A stretch of 64,000 nt of DNA from Paraphysomonas bandaiensis (lineage: Eukaryota; Protista; Chrysophyceae), in assembly GCA_965644295.1 (NCBI GenBank), contig CBFFRP010000069.1, forward strand, positions 248,001 to 312,000, given 5' to 3'. How positions within the stretch are numbered: position 1 is the first letter of the stretch; each line of letters begins with the position of its first letter. The notes beneath the pieces were generated by a model. It had not been told where the DNA came from. It saw only the letters and a program-made list of their open reading frames with translations, and ran no database searches. This document shows positions 1 through 13,370 of the stretch, one piece after another. The position numbers and the translations under genes were made by a program.

Positions 1-208
1 GGAAAAGTTGCATCACGTGTAGGAAAGCGTACATCTATTAAAACTATAGCACAGTATGTATACATTACACTGATATCTATCTATCTAATTCTATTATAGA
101 GATAATCGTCAAAATAGAATTAATAAAGCCAAACAATTACAAAAAGCTAAACGAACTAATATATGGTTACAAAAACGTATTGGTATGTATATATATTACG
201 ATGAATAG

Positions 209-239
<31 letters not shown>

Positions 240-3127
240 TGTATGTATGTATGTATGTATGTGTGTGTATATATCTAACTAATATCAATTACAGGATCAT
301 CTAATGGACCACCTAAAGTTATTGGTATTGTTCCATTATGTATTGATGCTAATGGAAGAAGTTTAATAAATGATTTATTAAATGAATCATCATGGAATAG
401 TGATGATAAAAGCAATGAAAATTCTAAGCTTTATCATGCACTTTACAATAAATATAAAGCAAGAAGTACGTTTCTATTGGCTGATTTTGAGATGCAATCT
501 GCTTTGGAGGTTGCTAGACTTGCAGATATCTTGGTGTTGGTGGTTCATTCGGGACCTGGATTTGGACCTGAGCACATCATTGACCCGGTATATACCCACC
601 TTCATATGCAATAATAATATATCTGATGAACAATGCAGATTGGCGCTGCTATACTTTCTGCTATAAAAGCAATGGGACTCCCACACTGCCTGGCCTGTGT
701 TCAAGGACTGGATGATTTCTCTGGGCACAAACAAGGTGTCAAAGCTTACACAGAAGCACGCCGCTTAGTACAGCGCTGTATAGATGACAGTGTGTACTCT
801 GGTGTAAAGCTTTTGGAGCACGCACCTGACGGGTCGGAGCTCAGCCGTAAAGGTGGAGCGGACGAGATTCTACGCTCCGTTCTGGCTGCACCGGTAAAGG
901 ATCTCACTTGGAGATCCATTCGATCGTGCCTTTTGGCGGACGCTGTGGAGGTGGGGGACGGTGCAGAGGAATGCTCTGTACGGGTGTCAGGATACCTAAG
1001 AGGTTGTCCTATGCGTCTTCATTCTCTCATGCATATAGCGGGTGTCGGAACTGGAAGGATTGTTAGCGTGTCTGGTTGTGGGCGAGGACCTTTGGAAAAT
1101 GCCGCGAGAATGCTCAGACGAAACAATCAGCAACAAGACGATAATACTGCCGCGCTGCAGACTGTACTGGCAGACCCAAACAAGTAAGTGTTGTTTGCAT
1201 TTAGGTATAGGTTTATGTGGTGATTCGTATTATTGTTTACATGGAGTGTGCTGACTGATTGTGGGTTGGGTAGGCAAGATGGATTGGTATTGGAAGCTTC
1301 TGCGGATGTGTTGATGGGAGAGCAGACGTGGCCATCGGAAGAAGAGATTGCAGCCGCTACTGGTGAAATGGATCCCGGAGCTGGTCGTCACAGAAGAAAT
1401 ATACCATCTAATGTATGCGTACTACTATCTTAACGATATATTGTAACCACTTCTCCTACCAGGTAATTCCAGCTGGGATGTCCAGCTATCAAGCTGACTG
1501 GTTCGTGGACGAGGATGGAGAGTTCGAAGACACAAATGAGGGAGACAAAAATTCAGATGCAGATATGAACGAGGAAATGGAGAATGATATGCCCCCTCCA
1601 GTGGGGAGAGGGGTTGGAGGTGTACAGGCCATGGATGCAGATGACGATGACATGGATGACATGACTCTTGATGGGTCAGTCTTAGATGCTCCTGTAAGAG
1701 GCGGACAGCTACAGGATAAGCGTAAACGCCAGGCTCAGGAAGATGATGAATTTCCAGACGAGGTAAATTTGTTTGTGCTTCCGCTGGTAAATTTTTGATG
1801 TTAAATGATAGGTGGATACCCCAGAGGACGTTGCTGCTAGGGTTCGGTTTGCCCGATACAGAGCTCTACAGTCATTTCGCACCTCGCCTTGGCACCCAAA
1901 AGAAAATCTTCCAACGGAATATAGCCGCATATATGAGTTTGAAAGTTTTTCTGCGACTCAACGAGGGTATGCTCAACATTTTAATCTAATATGTATATTG
2001 ACGCAGAGTTGCAGGGAGCTTGCGCGTTGCAGAGCGGTACAGAAGTTACAGGACAACAGCTCCTTAACAGAGCAGCATAATAAAGTGTCAGGAAGTCGCA
2101 GTCGATCACAATCTCGAGCTGATACTGAAGAGGTCATGGAGATGCACGATGAAGAAGAGACAAAGGAAGCGATGGCGTTGTTAGTACGGGGAACTGATGA
2201 CTATATCAAGTCAGGTATCATGGATATTTCTGGCGGATGGCCATGTAACCTAACTACTATGGTCAGGTCAATATGTTACGATTGAGCTATCGAATATTCC
2301 TGCTTCTAAGTTAGCTCAGCAGCTGGCAACGGGAAATAATTTTCTTGGTGTTTTCAGCCTTCTACAGCATGAGAACAAACTCTCTGTCTTACACTTCACC
2401 ATCCAACGCTGTGGCGATTATGATGGCCCTATTAAGTCGAAAGACGAGCTAATATTCCAAGCTTCATTTCGAGAATTTGAAGGGAAAGCTGTATTTAGCG
2501 AAGCGAATCTGAACTGTGATAAGCATAAGATGGAGAGATTTCTTAAGGTAAGTTTACTTGTCTCGAAAGTGTACTCTAAATCCGGATGTGTAGAGAGACA
2601 GAATCAGTGTGGCTTCGGTATATGGTCCAATTACTTACATGCCTTCACCAGTGCTGATATATAAACGAGACCCTGATGATGGGAGCCTTCAGTTAGTTGC
2701 AACTGGTTCTCTGGGTAGTGTAGATCCAGATAGAATTGTATTGAAGAAGGTTGTCTCTTTTTTTGGCCTCCACGAATAATGAAATTATGTTAATCAGGTT
2801 GTATTAACTGGTTTTCCAATCCGAGTGAGAAAACGCAGCGCTGTGGTCCGGCATTTATTTTATGATCCCCAGGTGTGGTCTTCACTTTTCACGTATATGC
2901 TTCTCATACTATATATTTGTGATGGACAGGATGTTCGTTGGTTCAAACCAGCAGAACTTGTGACCAAATACGGAATTCGTGGTCACATCAAGGAACCTGT
3001 AGGAACACATGGCTTACTGAAAGCTCATTTTAGTGCGCCTATTAAACAGAATGACACAGTTATGCTAATTTTATACAAACGAGTGTTCCCCAAATTTCCT
3101 GAAGCTGGTTCTGTGTTATGCAGATAA
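1..3127 (+). CDS. TSR1: Pre-rRNA-processing protein TSR1 (multi-exon, 5' end lies upstream of the window)
   Basis: Motifs EQTWPSEEE, SSYQADW, FPDEVDTP...ARVRFARYRALQSFRTSPW, DRIVLKKV and DVRWFKPAELVTKYGIRGHIKEPVGTHG..KRVFPK, joined by short GT-AG introns; stop at 3125-3127. Confidence 0.93.
209..270. repeat. (GTAT)n microsatellite in a 5' intron of TSR1
   Basis: Direct tandem GTAT run between donor gtatgt (~183) and acceptor acag (~295). Confidence 0.9.
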
Positions 3128-4629
3128 GAATGCGCCTGTTTTCACGAGAAACCAGCCTATTGATATAGTATAACTGTAAGGATATTTCTATGAAATGTGA
3201 TATTGGAAATATGCGTTTTGATTGACCACTTGGTTATCAGTATAAGGAAACATATAGCTGCCATCAAGAGTATAATGTAGCGTCTGACAAGCTATACTGT
3301 TGAAAGAAAGTCAATAGTTTTTTTACATTAATATCATAAATAATTCCCTTTTGTATTATGCGTCTTGGATACTTAATCTTTAATCTACAGTTACCAGTTA
3401 CAAGAGCATCAGCATTTTTAGTGTAACAACCAGCTATCTGGTATTGAGCTCACTATTGTATATATGCTTAAGTAAGTACATACTATATGTGCAACATAGG
3501 TGATTACTATTGCTATATTCCATATTGAGCTATATGATATATTATGACTATGACAACTCATGCTTATCATTGATATTTATATATCTATTTATATATCTAT
3601 TCGAAAGACAAAGAAAGACAGGATTACCAATAATGAATAATGAAGCATAATGAAGATAATTGTTGATGATATGTATACATTATTATATATTATATATATT
3701 GATGTTTAAGGCTAGAGAAGATTACTGGAGAATTCCGGGTTTGTTATTTACGCTGATAGATGTGTATTACCAGATTATCCAGTTGTAATTTGTGTATTTT
3801 ATTAGGTACTTATTACTTATTGTTTATTGAACTGTGTTTGGAAGTACGTATACAAGGCTTTAACTACAATGAGAAGAGCTATTGGTAATGTATATGGATG
3901 GAGGTCATTTCTTTAACCCTTCCTTTGGCATGGGAATCATAAGTATATATATTGATTATTGATAATAAGATGCAATTTATTTATATTGGAAGTTGCCAGT
4001 AGTTGTATATACTGTATCGTTACCTGTCACTATATTATATATGATATTATTATTATGAAAGAACCTAAGGTTGAGGGCAGGACTCTGCTAGAACCTATCT
4101 TGTTGGTAAAGTTATTGTTAGGATATTGTTAGAAGGATACGACCCTTCTCGTGACACAGGACACAAATCATGAAGATCAATTCAGAGCTGTGGTTTAGTT
4201 GAGCCAGGGTCAGAGACACTGGTATCACATTTGCGGAATCAGCTACCACTGGCTTTCGACTAACAATAGCCGTATAACGCAAAGTTTTTAATCCATGGCT
4301 GATCTACGGTAGATATCAAAGTCAGCGTGTTGTCATACTGGTATAATAAGTGTGCTAAATATTGCTGTAGGTGCACCCAATAATAAGAGCAATAGGTTGT
4401 GTAGTATTAAATATAATTCCCTAAACAAAGTCGGACTCGCACCTTTTTGTGGTGTTCTGGGGGATAAGTACCGGAGAGATTCTCTCTGGGAAACTAACGT
4501 GAGCCGTAAACATAGTCAGCAGATATTCTTCTGCCCAGTCATAGCCTAATGCTTGTGTGATACAAGGGACACCAATAAGTGTCCCTGACGAATAAACAGG
4601 CATCCGGGACAGGGCCCACCTGAAGGGTA

Positions 4630-4879
4630 ACCGGGGTATTGGGCTGCCTGCTGATGTCAAGCATCCGGGATGTTCACCTTAAGAACTCAGAGCGGAAGTG
4701 GTCGCACGTTGGTGCTTGCGGCGACGCACAAGCAGCTTCCGTAGCGTTAAATAGTAGGATAAAAAAAGTGTGTACTGATTAGTTACGGGTAGAGGTCTAA
4801 CTAGTTTGTCTAGCATTCATCTAGCTACTAAGTTGGTGCAGGCTTTTAACGCCTATTGCTAATAATAAGACTTTCAATA
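4630..4879 (-). mobile_element. Truncated arm of a long-TIR MITE family (same family as 27768-28230 and 33601-34091)
   Basis: Reverse complement matches gtgaatgtctgattattagcaataggc...gctacgaaagctgcttgtgcgtcgccgcaagcaccaa..gcaaccactt...cccggatgcttgac. Confidence 0.75.
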
Positions 4880-5379
4880 TATATTATAATTAATTTACTC
4901 ATTCGTGAGGTATCAAATAATCGATAAGATTCGGAAGCACGAACTGTTTAGCACTCATTGCATATTGATAAGGCGGCGTGTATCAACAAGCATATCCATA
5001 TCCATTGGCAAAAAATACAAACAGCAGAACGTCATAGTAGCCGATATGATTTTTATAGCGGCAATCAATATTTTCTAGCACGATGCATCTTGTGTACACT
5101 GCAAGTACTTTTGCGACTGACATTGCTGTGTTAGAAAAGATCAACTTCATACAATTCATCGATCGTAGGAGTAACGATAATACTTTCCTGAGATTAAGAA
5201 TATGAGGGAATGCCACCAACAGATATTACAAATGAAAGCCCACCTGTGCTTGTATTTTTCTGAGTCTTTGCCACGTTTGTTCACGTAAAAGAAGACATTG
5301 CGCAAGCCTACTTCAACTGTTAATAATGACACATTAAAGTATTGCTACTAACTTTTCAACAGTCTCAAATATCACCATA

Positions 5380-8300
5380 TCACAGTGCCACATCTCTTCC
5401 AAGTAACCACGCGCCCTGCATTGCCACTTTGAGCTTACATATAGCACATGTCATATATTCGTACCTCTCATAGTCCTTTAGCAAAGGTGCAGGCGGAGGC
5501 CCAACATGCTGCGAAATGCTGAGACTAACCTTGTTACCATCCTCACGGCGATTAGCTTCGGGTGAAAGGCGTGCGTCGCATTTTATGTCGCTTGAACAAG
5601 TTCTCGATGAAGTTCTTGAAAAAGAACGCATCGATGGCTGTGGGTTCTTGTCACTGTCAATCGACTTCTCGCTCTGCAGCACATCCAAAACGACGCTTGC
5701 GTTGTTGTCACATTTTCCAGACATACTCCGCTCATCTTCTTGGATCAAAGTAGTGGGGCTCAACATGCTGTACACAAATTGCTCTGCCTCAGATATATGT
5801 CTCTCCTGGCTGCTTGAGAGGCGACATCGACTTATAAAACTATTCGTGCTGTTGGCACTCCCTTCACTGTCGCTACGAACGCGATCTTTAATATCGCCTT
5901 CTAACTCCACAGTACCCGTTGAATAATCAATGTCATCTTCACCCACTGACCGAAGCGATGCGACGAATGATGAAGAACACCCATCGACAGAGGACTTCGG
6001 GGTGTGTTGATACTCCTCCGAATTATTTCTACTACTCCGTAACAATGTTAGTATCGAAAACGCCTTTCTATTGAGCTTCTCGATTCGCGGTAACGGTGTG
6101 GATGTATAGGTGTGTGTGTCAGAGGGAGCAGCAGGAGGATTAGAAACGACTGCTCGCAGTGATTGCAAGTAATGTAAAATCTGAAGGAAATTTTCTCGGT
6201 CGGTAATACTTTTCTCGAGTTTCTTCTGTATGTCATTTCGATGTTGTCGTACCCCGTTCAGTTGCTCGCGAAGGAAATGAACGGAGGGTAAATCTGACTC
6301 AAAACGTCTATCTACAATGATGTTTTCGTCGCTGCCGCAAGCAATTCCACCACAGCTGAGCCGTGTACGTCCTCTATGCTGTCGTTTCAGAATATCCGTT
6401 GGTTCGGAGCCCCAACTCATACTGCACAGCGTAGTAGGAGTTGGAAGACTGCACACTGACGATCGCTTTCCCTCGTCAGACTCATCACATATCGTGTCAG
6501 CGGCAGTGGCAAGCCAGCAATCAGTCTGTGCGCTTTCGGATCGTAGTGGCGTTTCACTTGATGTGGGTGTCGTGAGGCTCACGCGGTTTATGACGCTCTG
6601 TTTCAACAATTCACAACCGGAACTAGTATGCGAGCTTGTTCTTCGATGACTGTGAATAGAGCTCGCAGGGGCGTCGCTATCTCCTCTGCCGCGGCGAGGA
6701 GGCCGGCATCCTGCCACAGCCCGAGTATCTACAGACAGTAGAGTGCTTGGAGTTGGAAGTGATCGTGGTTTGTCTTCAAAAGTATCCGGAAGTAGAGAAG
6801 GAGCAGGACTACCAATAAACACAGCGGATGACATATCCATTTCTACATCCGGTACGACTTCCATATTATGCTGAGATGTGTGCGCTACCGCAGACGAAGC
6901 CACAATTTTCATTGGCGCTGAACGCGAGGGCGATTCGTGGGAGGTATTGGACGAGCTGCGATTACTGGTTGGAGATTTGCTGTTTGAGAGATTTCGGTTC
7001 GGTGATGTAGTCGAAAACGAGGTCGAGGTTGATACAGTTCCACGATCTGGCGATGACAGCATTGAAAATACACCATATCCAGCTGTTGCACATGGTGTGT
7101 AATTGGTTGCAGGACAGACATAAGCTTCAGATGAAGCAGGCGTCAGAGGGCTTGAAACAAGATCTACTGAACGAGGGACTTCTGTACGTGGCGGTGAGTT
7201 TGTTACCATCGAAGATGATGGTGTGTCACCCACCACGGAATTTGAGTGCACAGTAGTACGTGTGGTTCCTTTCAATGAGAGCGCCAACAGTGACGGACGG
7301 CAGGACTGTACAGATGAGTCTGTTGAAACCAGCGATTCTGGTGCAGCACGATCAGTCGATCTCGTCACAGTTACTCCTTGAATATCCTCTTTGGCATCCA
7401 CGACATCCACATCATGATCTCTCTCATCATGATCGGAGCACACACTTATCCAGTCCTCACCAACAGCACCTGAACTACTTAACGACATTTGTGACAACTG
7501 CCCAGAAGCACTGGAAACGTTTTCTCTTTGAGCATAAATGGCAGCTTTGGCAACCCTTTGGGCCAGAGAACTACCACCACATGAGCCTCCTCCCCCAAAA
7601 AATGAACCAGGGGAATCTCCAGCAGCCGAGGCAGACCTCTCGGAGTAGTCAGGGTGATCTACCCTTGAAAAAATACTATCTGTACTATACCTCGAGGACT
7701 GCTGCTGCACAGGTGTAGAGCACTCTGCAAACCCATCACCATTGTCCAAGTAGATACATGGCGTCACGCCACCTAGCAGATTGTTGCTATGTGCAGATAG
7801 GGATGACGAATCATTGCTTGCCGAGCGATCACCATCTTTTTCTTCAACCACACGGCCCAGAGGACTCTCATAAGGTACGCCGAAATGCTTGCCAGTAGTT
7901 GGTATGCCGGCAAGCCTTTCGATGGGTGATGAAGTAGGTGCACTAAGTGCACTGTAGAGCCCCTTCGAAAGTGAGCCAGACAGCCCACCCGTTGCATCAT
8001 CCTCAGTGGTGTCTCGGTCTGTACCACAAGGTCCTAGGAAGCTATTGCCACTCATACTACTGCTTCTGCTTGTCATGGTTCCAGATATGGTCATTTGACT
8101 ACTGCGGCTGTACGTTAGCAGAGATTCAACTGACGTGAGACCAGAGTCCCAATCACTAAGGCGACTGTCGCTTGGCGCCGACGACTGCCGTTCACTCGCC
8201 TGTGGTGGGGTCGATGCTTTAACTCGTTCCGTGAACACATTACCTCCCGTAACAGCACTATCAGGGGGCAATGCAACACTTAGTGCGTCGAAAAATTGAT

Positions 8301-9624
8301 GGGCACTACTTCGGCCCCTACATGATTTAGATACACTCGAGCAGTTTAATTTCTGCGGGGAGGATGTGTCCACGGAATCTTCAAAAGAAAGCACAATGGG
8401 ATGAGTAGGAGGATTGCGGTGAGACACGCAGGAGGGAAGCGGACTATAGTCGTTCGCATCATCCTTCCCTCCGGAGCGAAAGTGTACCGTGAAGTATATG
8501 CGATCTCTTCCAGACTCGCGTTCTCTTTCAAGTGCATCTTTACCTGTCCCTTCTCTCCCACGAAGCATTGGAAAGAGCTTAAGGTGAGTATTAACCTACG
8601 TTAAAAAAGTTAATATAGATGCAAGAAATGATGTACGCGGCTTTAGGCATGTATATGTACTGACCTCTACTTTTCCTACACTCTCCAAAGCTATCACACG
8701 AGAGCGAGATTTGTGGCTCGTGAGATCCACATAACCCAAGTGTAAAGCGGCACCAGTGATACGTACACACACTTTCTTCCACACCTTTATCACAAAACCA
8801 TTATAGTAACGCATCTGACCATCGCCTGTGTATAAGACACGTTGACAAGCATTCTCGATTGCTTTCTTAATGCTGAGGGAAGACTGCGAGATACGCTCCA
8901 GGTCTTTGCGGCTCTCCCGCTCCTCTTCAACTGTCTCCCAGATTTTCATGCAGTAGCGGTGTTCCCTGTTGCGTAGTTCACGATTCATGCCCTTCAGGTT
9001 GCGGAGGGCAGCATCTTTTCGGCCCGAGTGCACCTCGAGATCTGTCTGGAATTTAGTCTCAGCTTCTCTAAGCCGCTCCATAAGAGATTGCAAATGAGTG
9101 ATACGCTGACTGTCCGTCCAATCCAAATAATCCTCGTATATCTCGCCCACACAATAGCTCGTGCCCCACAGAGTTGGTTGCATATCCTTATGCAACGGAG
9201 ACCACGCATACTTACTCACCCCAAATATAGTATTATCTGCACTATCATATGATCCCGATTTGGCACGACACACATGTGTATCATCCATCTTTGCTTGAAT
9301 ATATTTCTGATAATCAGCACTTCTTCGTAATAATTGTATAATTTTTTGATTCCCTCTTTCTAATGCAATATCAATAGGTGTTTTACCATAATTATTTCTC
9401 ATTAATCTTGCACCATATTTAATAATTTGTATCGTTTCATATTCAAGATTTAATGAGACAGCATGATGTAATAGAGTTTGCCCTCCCTTTAATTCAAAAT
9501 CAATGGCATATCCATGATTTAAAACAATTGATAATAAAGTTTTAAAATTATGTTTTGTTTCATTATTTTGATATGTATATAATGCAGATTCAAAAGTATC
9601 ATGTTGAATTCTATCTATTGACAT
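5380..9624 (-). CDS. Ankyrin repeat + coiled-coil + PH-like domain protein with a long Ser/Pro-rich region (~1390 aa; further 3' exons possible)
   Basis: ORF 8596-9624 (GQTLLHHAV, GKTPIDIA ankyrin motifs; KVWKKVCVRITGAALHL PH-like strands) joins ORF 5380-8568 in frame through a 69-nt phase-0 GT-AG intron at 8664-8596. Confidence 0.75.
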
Positions 9625-9631
9625 CTTAATA

Positions 9632-9740
9632 AGATGGAGATGGAGATGGAGTGTGTGAGAGAGAGAGAGAGAGAGGGAGGGAGAGATCTATGAGGTCATA
9701 GAGAGAGAGGGAGAGAGAGATGGAAGGGAAAGAGGGGGAT
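9632..9740. repeat. (GA)n / purine-rich simple repeat upstream of the ankyrin gene
   Basis: gagatg and gagaga runs directly visible. Confidence 0.85.
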
Positions 9741-9840
9741 TAGTTTAGTTCATTGAAATGGTTTGTAAATGAATATGATCCTTGAAACAACAGAGACAGA
9801 AATATATATGCATATATAACCATATTACTACACGCACGCA

Positions 9841-10107
9841 CATACATACATACATACATACATACATACATACATACATACATACATACATACATACATA
9901 CATACATACATACATACATACATACATACATACATACATACATACATACATACATACATACATACATACATACATACATACATACATACATACATTCATA
10001 CATACATACATACATACATACATACATACATACATACATACATACATACCATACATACATACATACATACATACATACATACATACATACATACATACAT
10101 ACATACA

Positions 10108-10141
<34 letters not shown>

Positions 10142-11133
10142 CATACATACATACATACATACATACATACATACATACATACATACATACATACATACAT
10201 ACATACATACATACATACATACATACATACATACATACATACATACATACATACATACATACATACATACATACATACATACATACATACATACATACAT
10301 ACATACATACATACATACATACATACATACATACATACATACATACATACATACATACATACATACATACATACATACATACATACATACATACATACAT
10401 ACATACATACATACATACATACATACATACATACATACATACATACATACATACATACATACATACATACATACATACATACATACATACATACATACAT
10501 ACATACATACATACATCATACATACATACATACATACATACATACATACATACATACATACATACATACATACATACATACATACATACATACATACATA
10601 CATACATACATACATACATACATACATACATACATACATACATACATACATACATACATACATACATACATACATACATACATACATACATACATACATA
10701 CATACATACATACATACATACATACATACATACATACATACATACATACATACATACATACATACATACATACATACATACATACATACATACATACATA
10801 CATACCTACATACATACATACATACCATACATACATACATACATACATACATACATACATACATACATACATACATACATACATACATACATACATACAT
10901 ACATACATACATACATACATACATACATACATACATACATACATACCTACATACATACATACATACATACATACATACATACATACATTCATACATACAT
11001 ACATACATACATACATACATACATACATACATACATACATACATACATACATACATACATACATACATACATACATACATACATACATACATACATACAT
11101 ACATACATACATACATACATACATACATACATA
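9841..11133. repeat. ~1.3-kb (CATA)n microsatellite
   Basis: About 320 near-perfect CATA units with rare variants. Confidence 0.99.
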
Positions 11134-12042
11134 CTGCTCTGCCTGTGACCGCTGCCTCCTCCAGCACCCCGTTCAGGTAGACCACGTACATCTTGTTCCT
11201 CCGGTAGAATGTTAAATCGCTGTCAGGTAGGTGAACAGTGAATGACTCTCCTTGTCTGTACGTTACATCATACATGTCTTCCACATCAGCCTGACATAGG
11301 ACGCTTGCCCTTAGCTCATCAGCTGTCTTGCAGGTGAAGAATTGGTCCAGCTCTCCCACATTCGGCAGTTCCGGCGCGTGTCCCGATAGTCCCGCTACAG
11401 TGCATCCTCTGGACGCCGGTCTTACATTGTTCAGCAATCTTGGGTGCACTACTGAGACATCCGCCTGGTTGTGAAGCAACACTCCATACCACTGGAATGG
11501 CTCGCTCCCTGACGTGAAAGCATTCAACATTGTTGTTGTGCAATGCTTGTTCTCTGTTTCCTGACTGTTGTCGGGGCATTCTTTCAGTCTGTGGCCTGGT
11601 TCACCGCAGCCCCAACATATGAGCTGCCTCTTCTTTTGAGCACGTGCTCGATTTGCTCACGAATGCAGCTCCACCGCCCGTTCTCAACGCTCTCTTAGGT
11701 GTCAAATATGTCGGTGCCTTTGTATATATTTCGTTGACATGCTTAGGTGCTGCTGGTGTTCCCATTGTTGGATCATTGAGATAGCTAGTCTTGAATTCTC
11801 CGTATCTTGTGTCATCTAACCCTTCGAAGAAGTCCATCGTAATATCTTCTTCATTCATTTCTGCATTATTCATGTCTTTGTATGCCTCCAATAGGTGATC
11901 AATCGCTCCTTGTAAGTAACTATGCTTTCATACGCTCCTTGTTTGGCATCTTTGTACCTTTTTCTTGCTTCCACGCGTACCACTGTGCTTACGCTGGAGT
12001 TAGTAGACACCTTGTGCGTTTGTTTGATAGCTAGCCATAGCT
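11134..12042 (-). pseudogene. Ty1/Copia gag-protease fragment (frameshifted)
   Basis: KQGAYESIVTYKER gag motif, CWGCGEPGHRLKEC zinc knuckle and VLLHNQADVSVVHPRLL (degenerate LLDNQ-type protease motif), split across frames. Confidence 0.75.
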
Positions 12043-12044
12043 GT

Positions 12045-12567
12045 TAGATGAGTACGAGCTTATGAACAAGACCAAGGATCCACTACTGCTATGGCTAGCT
12101 ATCAAACACACGCTCAAGGTGTCTACTAACTTCAGCGTAAGCACAGTGGTACGCGTGGAAGCAAGAAAAAAGTACAAAGATGCTAAACAAGGAGCGTATG
12201 AAAGCATAGTTACTTACAAGGAGCGATTGATCACCTATTGGAGGCATACCAAGACATGAATAACGCAGAAATGAATGAAGAAGATATTACGATGGACTTC
12301 TTCGAAGGGTTAGATGACACAAGATACGGAGAATTCAAGACTAGCTATCTCAATGATCCAACAATGGGAGCACCAGCAGCACCTAAGCATGTCAACGAAA
12401 TAATATATACAAAGGCACCAAAGAGAGCGTTGAGAACGGGCGGTGGAGCTGCATTCGTGAGCAAATCGAGCACGTGCTCAGAAAGAGGCAGCTCATATGT
12501 TGGGGCTGCGGTGAACCAGGCCACAGACTGAAAGAATGCCCCGACAGCAGTCAGGAAACAGAGAACA
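12045..12567 (+). pseudogene. Inverted duplicate of the same Copia gag fragment
   Basis: ORFs 12062-12259 and 12238-12531 are nearly identical to the minus-strand ORF 11601-11891 region; reverse-complement match to ~11548-12041. Confidence 0.85.
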
Positions 12568-13370
12568 TTGTGTTTGATAGAGTACTGGAAATTCTTATGA
12601 TAGTATATACTTAGGTTTGAGTTATGGCGCAGTAAAATTTAAAAAGTGTTCATAACGCTGATTTATATCTTACTTCCGAGGATTCTACTTCAAGCAAGAT
12701 ATTCTTAGCTCTTCTTGTGAATATTCAACATATGCGAACTGCTAATAGCTTATGATAGTATTGATGGAGTGACAGTTGCTGGGACATCTGCTGAGCAAAT
12801 TGACACTTGCTTGTGCCATATGTGTACTATGTCATTGTGATACGGAAATCCGTAATATTTGGATATGGTATATAGATATATGATATATCCAGTACCCCGT
12901 CTATTAATAGCTTTATTTGGACGCTCTGTATATTTTTTCTCATGATGCGAGGAGCTGAGGACTTCAGTGCGTGTTTATGGAGATAGAGCACTCCCAACAG
13001 GATTGATCTCAGTTTCGAGTTGGTCATTCGACAATTCCACGGCTACTAGTATACTAAAACTACATGCATTTATACACTCTGCTATTTGTGCATGAAGTAC
13101 CTCATTGTTTTAAAACTTTCAATAATCTCGGTGTATATATTAATTTACTACTAGTATTGATGCTTCTGATATTGTGTCTTGTAAAAAGCAAACACCCCAT
13201 GAACACTGTCAAACCGAACCTGTATGTAGTAAGTGAATCACTCAGCGGAAAAATCGGAACATAAAAACAACATATATTACTACAAGTCCGGCTATGGACC
13301 ATGCACTTTGAAAATTGGCCTAGTCAGAATTCGAAATATATACAACAATAAAGCGTTAAATACAGAGCAA

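Noticed and set aside
3600-4620. Possible degraded mobile-element or gene sequence
   Set aside because: Only short ORFs with no recognisable motifs.
5516-8604. Many 60-150 aa ORFs overlapping the large gene (likewise in other genes)
   Set aside because: Antisense or off-frame shadows of real coding exons.
9841-11133. Telomeric repeat
   Set aside because: CATA/TATG lacks the G-run telomere pattern, is internal, and short versions occur at many promoters here.
9740-11530. Long ORFs of MYVC / HTYI repeats
   Set aside because: Translation artefacts of the stop-free (CATA)n microsatellite; only the first ~130 aa of the 596-aa ORF is real Copia sequence.
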